From an uncultured Bacilli bacterium (GTDB taxonomy: Bacteria; Bacillota_I; Bacilli_A; RFN20; CAG-826): a stretch of 64,000 bases of DNA. The position numbers were made by a program, and so were the translations under genes. A model generated the notes under the pieces. That model made no database searches and was not told the DNA's origin. It was given only the letters and a program-made list of their open reading frames with translations. This document shows, in pieces, positions 9,252-18,889 of the stretch (position 1 is the first letter of the stretch; every line of letters starts with the position of its first letter). The DNA lies in contig CAKPNG010000003.1 in NCBI GenBank assembly GCA_934168325.1, forward strand, positions 918 to 64,917, given 5' to 3'.

Positions 9252-10379
9252 ATGTATAGTGATTTAGAAAGAAACGAAATATTTTTAAAAGCTAAAGAAA
9301 GTGCACCTATTTATAATAATGATGATTTAATGTTTTATTATGCCTTAAATAAAGATTTATTTACTTTATATGGGACAGGTATTAAAGAAAAGAATACATA
9401 TTATAGATTTTCTAATGAAGATATTAATAATATTGCTAAAGTAAGTGCTGATGTTAGTTTTTTAGCTACTCATAGTGCTGGTATTAAATTAAGATTTAAG
9501 ACTAATTTAAGAATTATAAGAATTAGAGTATTAGAAAATGGAATTCATGATATGCGTAATATGAATTTTATGGCACAATGTGGATTTGATTTATATTCCA
9601 AAGAAGATGGTGACAAAAAATTTATTTATCAAAATACATCATTTCCTAATTATATAGATAATAAGAAATATATTGCTGATATTGGGTTATATAATGATAA
9701 AAAAGAACGTGATATATTAATTCATTTTCCATTATATTGTGGGGTTATTTATTTAGAAATTGGATTAGAAAAAGATGCAATTGTTAAACCTTCATTTTAT
9801 GAAAATGAAGGTAAGATAGTATGCTATGGAACATCTATCTTACAAGGTGGATGTGTTTCTAGACCTGGACTTAATATTACTAATGTATTAAGTAGAACAT
9901 TTTCTAAAGATATTATTAATTATGGCTTTAGTGGAGCTGGATTAATGGAATTAGAGGTTGCAGAAATTATTAATAAAATTGATGATATTGATTTATTAAT
10001 AATTGATGCTGAAGCTAATGCTGGGTGTGATAAATGGATGTATGAAAATTTTGATATTTTCTTAAATGTATTTTATAAGAAATATCCTAATCTTCCTATT
10101 ATTATTATGAATAAAACTCAAATGGCTATTGATTACCAATTTGAGAAAAATAAATTATTAAAAGAATTCTATGATGATTTTTTAATTAACAAAGTTAAAG
10201 AATATCAAGATAAAGGGAAAAATATTATTTTTATAAATAATTACAATCTATTTGATATTTATAAAAATAATTTTGCTGAATGCACAGTTGATGGGGTTCA
10301 TCCAAATGATCTAGGAATGTATCTATTAACTAATAATTATATAAAAGCAATTAAACAAATTACTAATAAAAACTATTAG
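9252..10379 (+). CDS. SGNH/GDSL-type hydrolase with N-terminal GxDLY domain (probable carbohydrate O-acetylesterase), cytoplasmic
   Basis: The track starts at GTG 9231. The ATG at 9252 is preceded by GTGAGGA. The sequence has the GxDLY motif (QCGFDLYSKEDG), an SGNH block I variant (YGTSILQGG) and block V (DGVHPNDLGM). There is no signal peptide. Confidence 0.7.
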   Translation: MYSDLERNEIFLKAKESAPIYNNDDLMFYYALNKDLFTLYGTGIKEKNTYYRFSNEDINNIAKVSADVSFLATHSAGIKLRFKTNLRIIRIRVLENGIHDMRNMNFMAQCGFDLYSKEDGDKKFIYQNTSFPNYIDNKKYIADIGLYNDKKERDILIHFPLYCGVIYLEIGLEKDAIVKPSFYENEGKIVCYGTSILQGGCVSRPGLNITNVLSRTFSKDIINYGFSGAGLMELEVAEIINKIDDIDLLIIDAEANAGCDKWMYENFDIFLNVFYKKYPNLPIIIMNKTQMAIDYQFEKNKLLKEFYDDFLINKVKEYQDKGKNIIFINNYNLFDIYKNNFAECTVDGVHPNDLGMYLLTNNYIKAIKQITNKNY

Positions 10380-10402
10380 ATGAATGAAAAAAAGGAGAAT
10401 AT

Positions 10403-11905
10403 ATGAAGATCGTATTATTGCCTTTAGATGAAAGGCCATGCAATTACCTATATCCTAAAGAGTTACCTCTACAAAAAAATGTCAATATTGTTACACCAAC
10501 AAAAGATATTTTAAGCTTAAAAAAAGATGTTTGTAATATTGATAAAATTTCTGATTGGCTTAAAAAAGAATGTTTTGATGCTGATTTTGCAGTGATTTCT
10601 TTAGATACACTCCTTTTTGGAGGTATTATACCTAGTAGATTACACCATCAAAGTTATGAAGAATTATGTGAAAAAATTAAAGTATTAGAAGATATTAAAA
10701 ATGTTAATAAAAACATTAAAATTTATTGTAATGAACTTATAATGCGTTGCCCTTCATATTCTTTAAGTGATGAAGAACCATTCTATTTTGATGAATGTGG
10801 AAAAGAAATATTTGAATTAGGTGGAATAATAGATAAAGAAGAACAAGGTATAATTGAAATTAATTCACCTAGAAAAATGGAATTATTAAATATTATTAAA
10901 AAAGAATATTTAGATGATTTTTTATCTCGTAGAGATATAAATATTAAAATATTGTTACATAATTTAGATTACGTTAATAAGGGTATCATTGACTTTTTTG
11001 TAATACCACAAGATGATTGTAGTGAATTTGGATTTCCTTCAAAAGATCAAAGATTAGTTAAAGCAAAAATTAAAAATGATAATTTATTTAATAATGTAAT
11101 TATGTATCCTGGAGCTGATGAAATTGGCTTAACTTTAATTACTAGAGCAATTAATATTTATAATAATTATAGACCTAAAGTCTTTGTTAATTATTGTTCT
11201 GAATTAGGAAAAAATGCTATTCCAATGTTTGAAGATCGACCAATTTCAGAGACTATTAAATATCATTTATTTAGTACTAATTGTCTAGAAGTTTATTCTT
11301 TAATGGAAGCTGATTGTGTATTAAATATTAATTCTGGTAGTGAATTTGTTCCTAAATGGGATAATAGAAAAGAATTAATATTTGGTAAAAATAGAAATTT
11401 ATTAGCGTTTATAGATTTTATTAAATATGCTTTAAATAATAATAAAATAGTTGGTATTGCTGATGTTTGTTATTGTAATGAAGCTGATAAAGAATTAATG
11501 AATTTATTAAAAGATGATAATTTATTATTAAAAATTCATTCTTATGCTGGATGGAATACTTCAAGTAATACTTTAGGTACAACAATTGCTAATATGATAA
11601 GTTATTATTATTCGAAAGATGAAATTAATAAGAATTATAGTCTTATTTATCGTTATTTAGATGATTATATTTATATGGGTATAGTTAGAGATATTATTAA
11701 TAATAAAATAGTTGATTTAAATAATGGTATTACTAGATTTAATTTAAAATCTGACACTAAAGAATTTGAAGAACTTAGTAAAGATTTAATTATAAAAGAA
11801 GCTAATAAATTTGGTATTAATGTAGATAAATATTTTAAGAAATTTGATGTTTCTTTTATATGGAATAGAACTTTTGAGATCGAATTTGATACCGAAAGGA
11901 TATAA
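10403..11905 (+). CDS. DUF4127-like protein of unknown function
   Basis: It has an AAGGAG RBS and is 500 aa. As I recall, the N-terminal MKIVLLPLDERPCNY matches the conserved LPLDERPCN start of the DUF4127 family. There is no signal peptide. Confidence 0.45.
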   Translation: MKIVLLPLDERPCNYLYPKELPLQKNVNIVTPTKDILSLKKDVCNIDKISDWLKKECFDADFAVISLDTLLFGGIIPSRLHHQSYEELCEKIKVLEDIKNVNKNIKIYCNELIMRCPSYSLSDEEPFYFDECGKEIFELGGIIDKEEQGIIEINSPRKMELLNIIKKEYLDDFLSRRDINIKILLHNLDYVNKGIIDFFVIPQDDCSEFGFPSKDQRLVKAKIKNDNLFNNVIMYPGADEIGLTLITRAINIYNNYRPKVFVNYCSELGKNAIPMFEDRPISETIKYHLFSTNCLEVYSLMEADCVLNINSGSEFVPKWDNRKELIFGKNRNLLAFIDFIKYALNNNKIVGIADVCYCNEADKELMNLLKDDNLLLKIHSYAGWNTSSNTLGTTIANMISYYYSKDEINKNYSLIYRYLDDYIYMGIVRDIINNKIVDLNNGITRFNLKSDTKEFEELSKDLIIKEANKFGINVDKYFKKFDVSFIWNRTFEIEFDTERI

Positions 11906-11910
11906 ATAAA

Positions 11911-12774
11911 ATGAATTCTATTTGCTTAGATATCGGTGGTACATCAATTAAAGGTGGATATTTTTCTAATAATAATTTGTTAGAAACTTTTTCTATTCCT
12001 AGTAATGGTAAATTAGGAAGAGTAGAAATACTAAAATCTATTGATTTTATTATGAATGAAATTATTAAGAAATATCCTCATTTTGATTATATTGGTATAT
12101 CTAGTGCAGGTAATATTGATTATAAAAACGGTATATGTATATATGCTAGTAATAATTTAAAAGATTGGACTAATTTTAATATTAAAGAATATTTTAATGA
12201 TAAATATCATAAATTAGTATTTGTTGAAAATGATGCAGTATGTGCTTTACTTGGTGAAATTTATCCTACTTATTTAGATAAGACAATATTTATGATAACT
12301 TTAGGAACTGGAGTAGGTGCTACTTTATATAAAGATAAGAAAATATATTATGGTAATGATTTTGATTTAGGTAAATTTGCTCATCATATTATTAAAGATA
12401 ATGGTAATTTATGTGATTGTGGGAATAAAGGATGTGCTGAAAAAGAAATAAGTGCTACTGGATTAAAAGTAATTATTAATAAAGTTTTTAATAAAGAAAT
12501 TAGTATTATTGAATTATTTAATTTATTTAGAAATAAAGATATATTAGCTAAAAAGGTATTAGATGAATATTTTTATTATTTAAAGAAATATTTAGATTAT
12601 ATTATTAATGATATTGAAGTTGATCATATTATTATTGGTGGTGGACTTATTAATTCTAAAGATGTTTTTGAGTTATATTTAGATTCATATAAAGATATAA
12701 TAATATATGCAGTTAATGGTAATAATGCTGGCATTATTGGTGCTAATTTATTAATTAATAGAGAGGTATTATGA
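11911..12774 (+). CDS. ROK-family sugar kinase (candidate N-acetylhexosamine/ManNAc kinase)
   Basis: It has DIGGTSIKGG (phosphate-1 motif), VENDAVCALLGE (ROK motif) and CDCGNKGCAEKE (ROK zinc motif). The substrate is inferred only from context (nanE lies downstream). Confidence 0.8.
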   Translation: MNSICLDIGGTSIKGGYFSNNNLLETFSIPSNGKLGRVEILKSIDFIMNEIIKKYPHFDYIGISSAGNIDYKNGICIYASNNLKDWTNFNIKEYFNDKYHKLVFVENDAVCALLGEIYPTYLDKTIFMITLGTGVGATLYKDKKIYYGNDFDLGKFAHHIIKDNGNLCDCGNKGCAEKEISATGLKVIINKVFNKEISIIELFNLFRNKDILAKKVLDEYFYYLKKYLDYIINDIEVDHIIIGGGLINSKDVFELYLDSYKDIIIYAVNGNNAGIIGANLLINREVL

Positions 12775-14606
12775 TTAATTTAAATAAGAGTATAAATGAA
12801 TTAAAAATTGAATTTGGTGAAAATTCTTTTTTTAAGGCTAATCCAAATATAAAAATAATTAATACTAGTAGTAATGAATGTTTTTATAATAAATATAAAA
12901 ATGAATTAATTATAAAAACTAATGATAATTCAATGATTTTTAGATTAATTTATGAAACATTTAATTATGATTTCTCTAATGATTTTTATATTAAATTAAC
13001 TAAGAAAATTGATAAATTATCAATTATGGTTGATATGGCTAGAAATAATGTTCTTAAAGTAGATACGATTAAGAAACTTATTAGATATTTAGCTATTATG
13101 GGCTATTCTAAATTTAAAATTTATTTAGAAGATGTATTTGATGTTATCCATGAACCTTATTTTGGCTATCTTAGAGGAAAATATAATAAAGAAGAATTAA
13201 TAGAAGTAGTTGATTATGCTTCAATATTTGGTATTGAAGTTATTCCTTGTATTCAAACATTAGCTCATTTAAATTGTTTACAATTTTTCTGTATGTATCG
13301 TTGGAATTTTGATATTGATGATATTTTACTTGTTGATAGTGATATTACTATTAGATTAATCACTAATATGATTAAAACTTTAAAAGATATATTTAAAACT
13401 GATGTAATTAATATTGGAATGGATGAAGCTCATCATTTAGGAAGAGGGCAATATTTAGATAAATATGGTTATGAAGATCGTTTTAAAATATTTGCTCATC
13501 ATTTAAATAAAGTATTAGAGATTGCTAAAAAATATGGATTTAAATGTGAAATGTGGAGTGATATGTTCTTTGATAATACTTATTATAGCGGAGAAGATAC
13601 TAAAAAGCATAATTACTTAAAAGATATCGATAAAGATTTAACTTTAATTTATTGGGATTATAATGCTAATGATATTAATTATTTTGATAAAAAGATAAAA
13701 CAACATTTAGAAATAACTAAAAATATTAGTGTAGCTGGTGGAGCTTGGAAATGGTTAGGACATGCTCCAAATAATACATATAGTATTGTCAATTTAAAAA
13801 ACTTTATTGAAGCATCTTATAAAAATAAAATTAAAGATTTTATGATAACTTGTTGGGGTGATAATGGTGGCGAAGCTTCTATATTCTCTATATTACCAAG
13901 TTTATCGTATGCATCAAATTTCAATTATTTTGAAATAAAAGACTGCAGAAACCACTTATTTTATGAGTTATCTACTTTAAAATTTGATGATTTTATGAAA
14001 CTAGATTATGTAAATAAAACTAGAGAAGAATTTAATAAAGATGATTTAAATTCTTTAAGTAGAATTTATTTATATAATGATTTATTATTAGGAGTATATG
14101 ATACATGTGTCAATGATAATCAATCAACGATATATAAAAATGTATCTATAGAATTAGCGATTTTTAAAGATAATAATAAATTTGGATATATATTTGATAC
14201 TTTAAGTAAACTAGCTGATTTATTATCTATAAAAGTAGATCTAGGTATAAAACTTAGAAAAGCTTATAAAGATAAAAATGAAAATGAACTTAAGAACATG
14301 ATTAATTTATTAGATGAATTAGATAATAAAATCGATATATTTTATGATGCTTTTTATTATCAATGGAATAAAGAAAGCAAAAGCAATGGATTTGATGTCC
14401 AAGATTTAAGAATCGGAGGGATTAAGCAAAGAATAAAGACGGCAAAAAGAAAAATTAATGATTATTTAGATAAAAAAATAACAAATATTGAAGAATTGGA
14501 GGAAGATTTACTAGATTTTTATGGTCAAGTTGATAACTATTTTAAACCTATTTCTATAGTTGATTCACGTTATCGCCATATGTGCTCAGTAAATGTTAAT
14601 GATTAA
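12771..14606 (+). CDS. GH20-like beta-N-acetylhexosaminidase, cytoplasmic
   Basis: The TIM-barrel motifs appear in GH20 order: SIMVDMARN, KIYLEDVF, IPCIQTLAHL, INIGMDEAHHLG (Asp-Glu catalytic pair position), MWSDM and CWGDNGGE. There is no signal peptide. The start overlaps the previous stop (ATGA). Confidence 0.6.
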   Translation: MINLNKSINELKIEFGENSFFKANPNIKIINTSSNECFYNKYKNELIIKTNDNSMIFRLIYETFNYDFSNDFYIKLTKKIDKLSIMVDMARNNVLKVDTIKKLIRYLAIMGYSKFKIYLEDVFDVIHEPYFGYLRGKYNKEELIEVVDYASIFGIEVIPCIQTLAHLNCLQFFCMYRWNFDIDDILLVDSDITIRLITNMIKTLKDIFKTDVINIGMDEAHHLGRGQYLDKYGYEDRFKIFAHHLNKVLEIAKKYGFKCEMWSDMFFDNTYYSGEDTKKHNYLKDIDKDLTLIYWDYNANDINYFDKKIKQHLEITKNISVAGGAWKWLGHAPNNTYSIVNLKNFIEASYKNKIKDFMITCWGDNGGEASIFSILPSLSYASNFNYFEIKDCRNHLFYELSTLKFDDFMKLDYVNKTREEFNKDDLNSLSRIYLYNDLLLGVYDTCVNDNQSTIYKNVSIELAIFKDNNKFGYIFDTLSKLADLLSIKVDLGIKLRKAYKDKNENELKNMINLLDELDNKIDIFYDAFYYQWNKESKSNGFDVQDLRIGGIKQRIKTAKRKINDYLDKKITNIEELEEDLLDFYGQVDNYFKPISIVDSRYRHMCSVNVND

Positions 14607-16821
14607 TATGATTAAATATGTACAAAACAAAAATATTGTCAATGTAAGTAATAATTTAGATGCTATTAACTTAGAATTTTTTAGTAATGGAACTATTAGA
14701 ATTTTTAAAGAGAAAAACTCGACTAAGTTATATGAATTAGCTTTTCCTAAGAAATTTTTAAAGTTTAATGTTTCTCAAAATAATAATGAAATAGCTATTG
14801 AATATTTGAATTATAGATTTATTATAAATGGAAAATTAGAAATAAAAGTTGAGAATAGCAATGATATTATTTTAAATATCGACTTTTCTACTAAATTTTG
14901 TGATGTAGAAAAACGTAATTATTATTCTACAGTATTAAATATTAACGAAGATTCATATGTTTTTGGCCTTGGTGATAAGATGGGATTTTTAGACAAAAAA
15001 GGTTATTATTATGAATCTCATTCAACTGATGATCCAACTCATCAAGATGAATTATATCCTGCTTTATATAAGTCAATTAATTATATTTTGTTTGAAAACA
15101 ATAAGCATTATTTCTCTATATTTTTACCAAGTACTTTTAGATATACTTTTGATGTTTGTAAAACTAATTTAGATAAAGTAATTATTAACAATTTTGACAG
15201 TGCTAATGATTTATTCTTATTTTTAGGAAATAATCCAAAAGAAGTTACAAGAATATATAGTGATTTAGTTGGACATCCATATTTTATTAGTTTAAAAACT
15301 TTAGGATATCATCAATCAAGATGGTCATATGAAAATGAAGAAATGGTGATGGATGTTTATAATAAATTTAAACAATATAATTTGCCATTAGATTATATTC
15401 ATTTAGACATTCATTATATGGATGGATATAGAGATTTTACATATGATAAGAATAGTTTTTCTAATCTTAAGAATTTAACGGATTTTTTGAAAAAGGATAA
15501 TGTTGGAATAATTGCTATTAATGATGCTGCAATTAAAGTCGATGAAAATTTTGATATATATAGATATATAATCGATAATAAATTAGTTGGAACTCTTAAA
15601 AATAAACCTTATGTTAATGTAGTTTGGCCAGGAGATAGTGTATTCCCAAGTTATATTGATCCAAAATGTAGAGAATATTTTGAAAATAAAGCTAGTGATT
15701 TTATAAAAGAAACAGGTATAAGCGGTATTTGGAATGATATGAATGAACCTGCTTCATTTAAGGGTGAATTACCAAATAATGTTATATTTAAAAATAGTAA
15801 TAAAAAGATCACTCATGCTGAAATTCATAATATTTATGCTGAACACATGGTTAAATGCTTTACTAATGTCTTTAAAAAAGATGATTTAAGACCATTTAAT
15901 TTTTCTAGAGCTGGTTTTGCTACTACTAGTAAGTATGCATTTTGTTGGAATGGTGATAATTTCTCTTTATGGCACCATTTAAAATATTCTATTACCCAAT
16001 CTTTAAGTTTATCATTATCTAATTTTATGTATAATGGCGATGATATTGGAGGATTTGGAGGAGATTCTAATAAAGAATTATTATTAAGATGGTTAGAAGC
16101 GAATTTATTTTTACCATTTTTAAGAAATCACTCAACTATAAATAGTAAGCATCAAGAACCTTATGCTTTTGATGAATATACTATTAAAACATATAAAAAA
16201 TTCTTAGATATTCGTTATAAATTTATCTCTTATTTATATGATTTAGCTTATCGAATGAATAAATATGGAGAATTGATGTCTAGACCTTTATTTTATAATT
16301 ATCCATTTGATAAAGAATGCTTAAAAATAAATGATCAATATATGGTTGGTGATAATTTATTAGTTGCTCCTATTATTGATAAATCTATGACTACTAGAGT
16401 TGTATATTTACCTGAAGGATATTGGATTAATTATTTCACTAATGAAGAATTTAAAGGTAATCAATATATCGTTTGTAATGCTAATTTAGATGAATCTATA
16501 TATTTTATTAAAAAAGATTCAATTATCGTTAATTATGAAAATTTACTTCATATAAATAAAAAAGAAATTACTGAATTAGTAATTCATCTATATGGAAATA
16601 AAGGTGAATATATTAATTATGAAGATGATGGGGAGTCATTAAATTATCAAAAAGAAGAATACAATCTTTATAAAATTAAGTTTAATAAAAATAAATTTAG
16701 TTTAGATACAGTTCATAAAAAATATGTATCTAATTATAAAACCATAAAGATTATTAAAGATGGTAAAGAAAAAGTAATAGCATTTGATTATAAAATAAAT
16801 ATTAATTTGGAGGATTTATAA
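14593..16821 (+). CDS. GH31 alpha-glycosidase (alpha-glucosidase/alpha-xylosidase class), cytoplasmic
   Basis: It has the GH31 nucleophile motif GIWNDMNEPA, followed by WNGDN and GDDIGGFGG. An alternative start is the ATG at 14608, just after the upstream stop. Confidence 0.85.
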   Translation: MLMINMIKYVQNKNIVNVSNNLDAINLEFFSNGTIRIFKEKNSTKLYELAFPKKFLKFNVSQNNNEIAIEYLNYRFIINGKLEIKVENSNDIILNIDFSTKFCDVEKRNYYSTVLNINEDSYVFGLGDKMGFLDKKGYYYESHSTDDPTHQDELYPALYKSINYILFENNKHYFSIFLPSTFRYTFDVCKTNLDKVIINNFDSANDLFLFLGNNPKEVTRIYSDLVGHPYFISLKTLGYHQSRWSYENEEMVMDVYNKFKQYNLPLDYIHLDIHYMDGYRDFTYDKNSFSNLKNLTDFLKKDNVGIIAINDAAIKVDENFDIYRYIIDNKLVGTLKNKPYVNVVWPGDSVFPSYIDPKCREYFENKASDFIKETGISGIWNDMNEPASFKGELPNNVIFKNSNKKITHAEIHNIYAEHMVKCFTNVFKKDDLRPFNFSRAGFATTSKYAFCWNGDNFSLWHHLKYSITQSLSLSLSNFMYNGDDIGGFGGDSNKELLLRWLEANLFLPFLRNHSTINSKHQEPYAFDEYTIKTYKKFLDIRYKFISYLYDLAYRMNKYGELMSRPLFYNYPFDKECLKINDQYMVGDNLLVAPIIDKSMTTRVVYLPEGYWINYFTNEEFKGNQYIVCNANLDESIYFIKKDSIIVNYENLLHINKKEITELVIHLYGNKGEYINYEDDGESLNYQKEEYNLYKIKFNKNKFSLDTVHKKYVSNYKTIKIIKDGKEKVIAFDYKININLEDL

Positions 16822-16823
16822 AT

Positions 16824-18116
16824 ATGAAATGTGTTAATGTTGCAATATTTGGCTTAGGTAATAGAGGTAATACTTATGGGGAATTAGCTCTTATTAAATC
16901 TAATAAAATGAAAGTTGTTCAAATTGTAGACAATAATGAGACAGCTTTAAATTATGCAAAAAACTTATATAAATTAAATGATGAAGATTGTTTTTCTAGT
17001 TTTGAGAAATGGTTAAAAGCTCCTAAAAAGGCTGATGCAGTCATTAATTGTACAATGGACCAATATCACATCGAAACAACAATGCCATTATTTAAATTGG
17101 GATATGATGTATTACTAGAAAAACCAATTTGTAATAATCCAGAAGAATTAGTAATGTTAATGAATGAATCAAAAAAATACAATAAAGTATTAATGATTTG
17201 TCACGTTTTAAGATATACTCCATTTTATTCACGTATTAAAAAGATAATTGATTCTAAAGAATTAGGTGATTTAGTAAGTATTGAAATGGCAGAACACGTT
17301 TACACTCCTCATATGATGTCAAGTTATGTTAGAGGAAAATGGAGAAGCGAAAAGGAATGTGGTAGTGCAATGATTATGGCTAAATGCTGTCATGATACTG
17401 ACTTAATGTGCTGGCTTAATAATGGAGATAAACCAGATTATGTTTCAAGTTTTGGAAGAAGAAGTGTTTTTGTTCCTAAAAATAAACCAAGCGATGCTAC
17501 TGATAGATGTTTGACTTGTCCACATAAAGAAACTTGTAGATATTCTTGCTATTTTTACTTATTAAATAAAGCTCAAGATCCAATTGTATTTAATAATGCA
17601 GTTCCTGGAAAAAGATGGGATGAAGTTACAGTAGAAGATAAGACAAAAGTATTTATGGAATCTCCTACATTAGGAAGATGTGCTTTTGATGGTCCTCAAG
17701 ATTTAGTCGATCATCAAATGACTATTGTTGACTTTAATAATGGTGTAACTTGCTCACTTGCTATGATTGGTGGAACTTCTTATCCATGTCGTACAATTCA
17801 TATAATTTTAACTAATGGTGAAATCTTTGGAACGTTCGAATCTAATAAAATAACCACCAGAAAGTACATAAAAGAAAAGTTTTCTAGAGAAACTAAGAAT
17901 ATTTATTTAGGTGATGTTGGTAAAGGTCATGGTGGTGGAGATATCCGATTAGTAGAAGATTTCATTGACTATTTAAGAACAAGAAAATTGTCGATTTCTC
18001 AAACTAATATTGATACTTCAATCGATGGACATTTGGTTGGAATGGCCGCTGATTTAAGTGATAAAAATAGAAGAACCGTCGAAATAAGTGAAGATAGAAG
18101 GTTAATTTTAAAATAA
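16824..18116 (+). CDS. Gfo/Idh/MocA-family NAD(P)-dependent oxidoreductase with a Cys-rich insertion
   Basis: It has the N-terminal Rossmann motif VAIFGLGNRGNTYG and the EKP motif (LLEKPI). An unusual CLTCPHKETCRYSC cluster lies at 17508-17549. Confidence 0.8.
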   Translation: MKCVNVAIFGLGNRGNTYGELALIKSNKMKVVQIVDNNETALNYAKNLYKLNDEDCFSSFEKWLKAPKKADAVINCTMDQYHIETTMPLFKLGYDVLLEKPICNNPEELVMLMNESKKYNKVLMICHVLRYTPFYSRIKKIIDSKELGDLVSIEMAEHVYTPHMMSSYVRGKWRSEKECGSAMIMAKCCHDTDLMCWLNNGDKPDYVSSFGRRSVFVPKNKPSDATDRCLTCPHKETCRYSCYFYLLNKAQDPIVFNNAVPGKRWDEVTVEDKTKVFMESPTLGRCAFDGPQDLVDHQMTIVDFNNGVTCSLAMIGGTSYPCRTIHIILTNGEIFGTFESNKITTRKYIKEKFSRETKNIYLGDVGKGHGGGDIRLVEDFIDYLRTRKLSISQTNIDTSIDGHLVGMAADLSDKNRRTVEISEDRRLILK

Positions 18117-18117
18117 T

Positions 18118-18792
18118 ATGAAACTCAATGAAGGATTAATTGTTTCTTGCCAAGCTTTAAAAGATGAACCAATGTATGGTGGTGATTCAATCAAAAAATT
18201 TGCTTATGCAGCTTATTTAGCTGGTGCAAAAGGAATTAGAGCTAATACAGTTAAAGATATAAATGGAATTTATCGTAAATTAAAGGGCCAATTACCAATA
18301 ATTGGTATTATTAAAAAAGTTTACGATGATTCAGAAGTTTATATTACCCCAACCTTAAAAGAAGTTAAAAAATTAATTAAATCTAAATGCGATGTAATAG
18401 CTCTTGATGCTACATTACGTTATAGACATAATGGTGAAAAACTTGAAGATTTAGTTAATTATATTAGATTACATTCTAATAAATTAATTATGGCTGATTG
18501 TGCAACTTTAGAAGAAACTAAAAATGCTGAAAAACTTGGATTTGATTATGTATCTTCAACTTTAAGAAGCTATACTGAAGAAACTAAAGGTATAAAAATA
18601 CCTGATATAGAATTTACAAAGTCGTTATTAAAAGAAATCACAAAAACTAATGTTATTTTTGAAGGAGGAATTGATTCTCCTCAAACTTTAAAAAGTGTAT
18701 TAAATACTGGTGTTAAATATATAGTAATTGGTGGTGCTATAACTAGACCATTACAAATAACAAAAAGATATTTAAAGGAATTTGAAAATTAA
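18118..18792 (+). CDS. nanE: N-acetylmannosamine-6-phosphate 2-epimerase
   Basis: GLIVSCQALKDEPMYG is the NanE signature. It also has IRANTVKDI, IIGIIKKVY and ALDATLRYRH. At 224 aa it has the typical NanE length. Confidence 0.8.
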   Translation: MKLNEGLIVSCQALKDEPMYGGDSIKKFAYAAYLAGAKGIRANTVKDINGIYRKLKGQLPIIGIIKKVYDDSEVYITPTLKEVKKLIKSKCDVIALDATLRYRHNGEKLEDLVNYIRLHSNKLIMADCATLEETKNAEKLGFDYVSSTLRSYTEETKGIKIPDIEFTKSLLKEITKTNVIFEGGIDSPQTLKSVLNTGVKYIVIGGAITRPLQITKRYLKEFEN

Positions 18793-18889
18793 CAAAAATT
18801 AATATTTTTTAATTTGAAATTATGCAAAATATATATAAAATTTAAGAAATATTAAGTTTATTATAGAATATAGTTAGCGAGGATTGATT

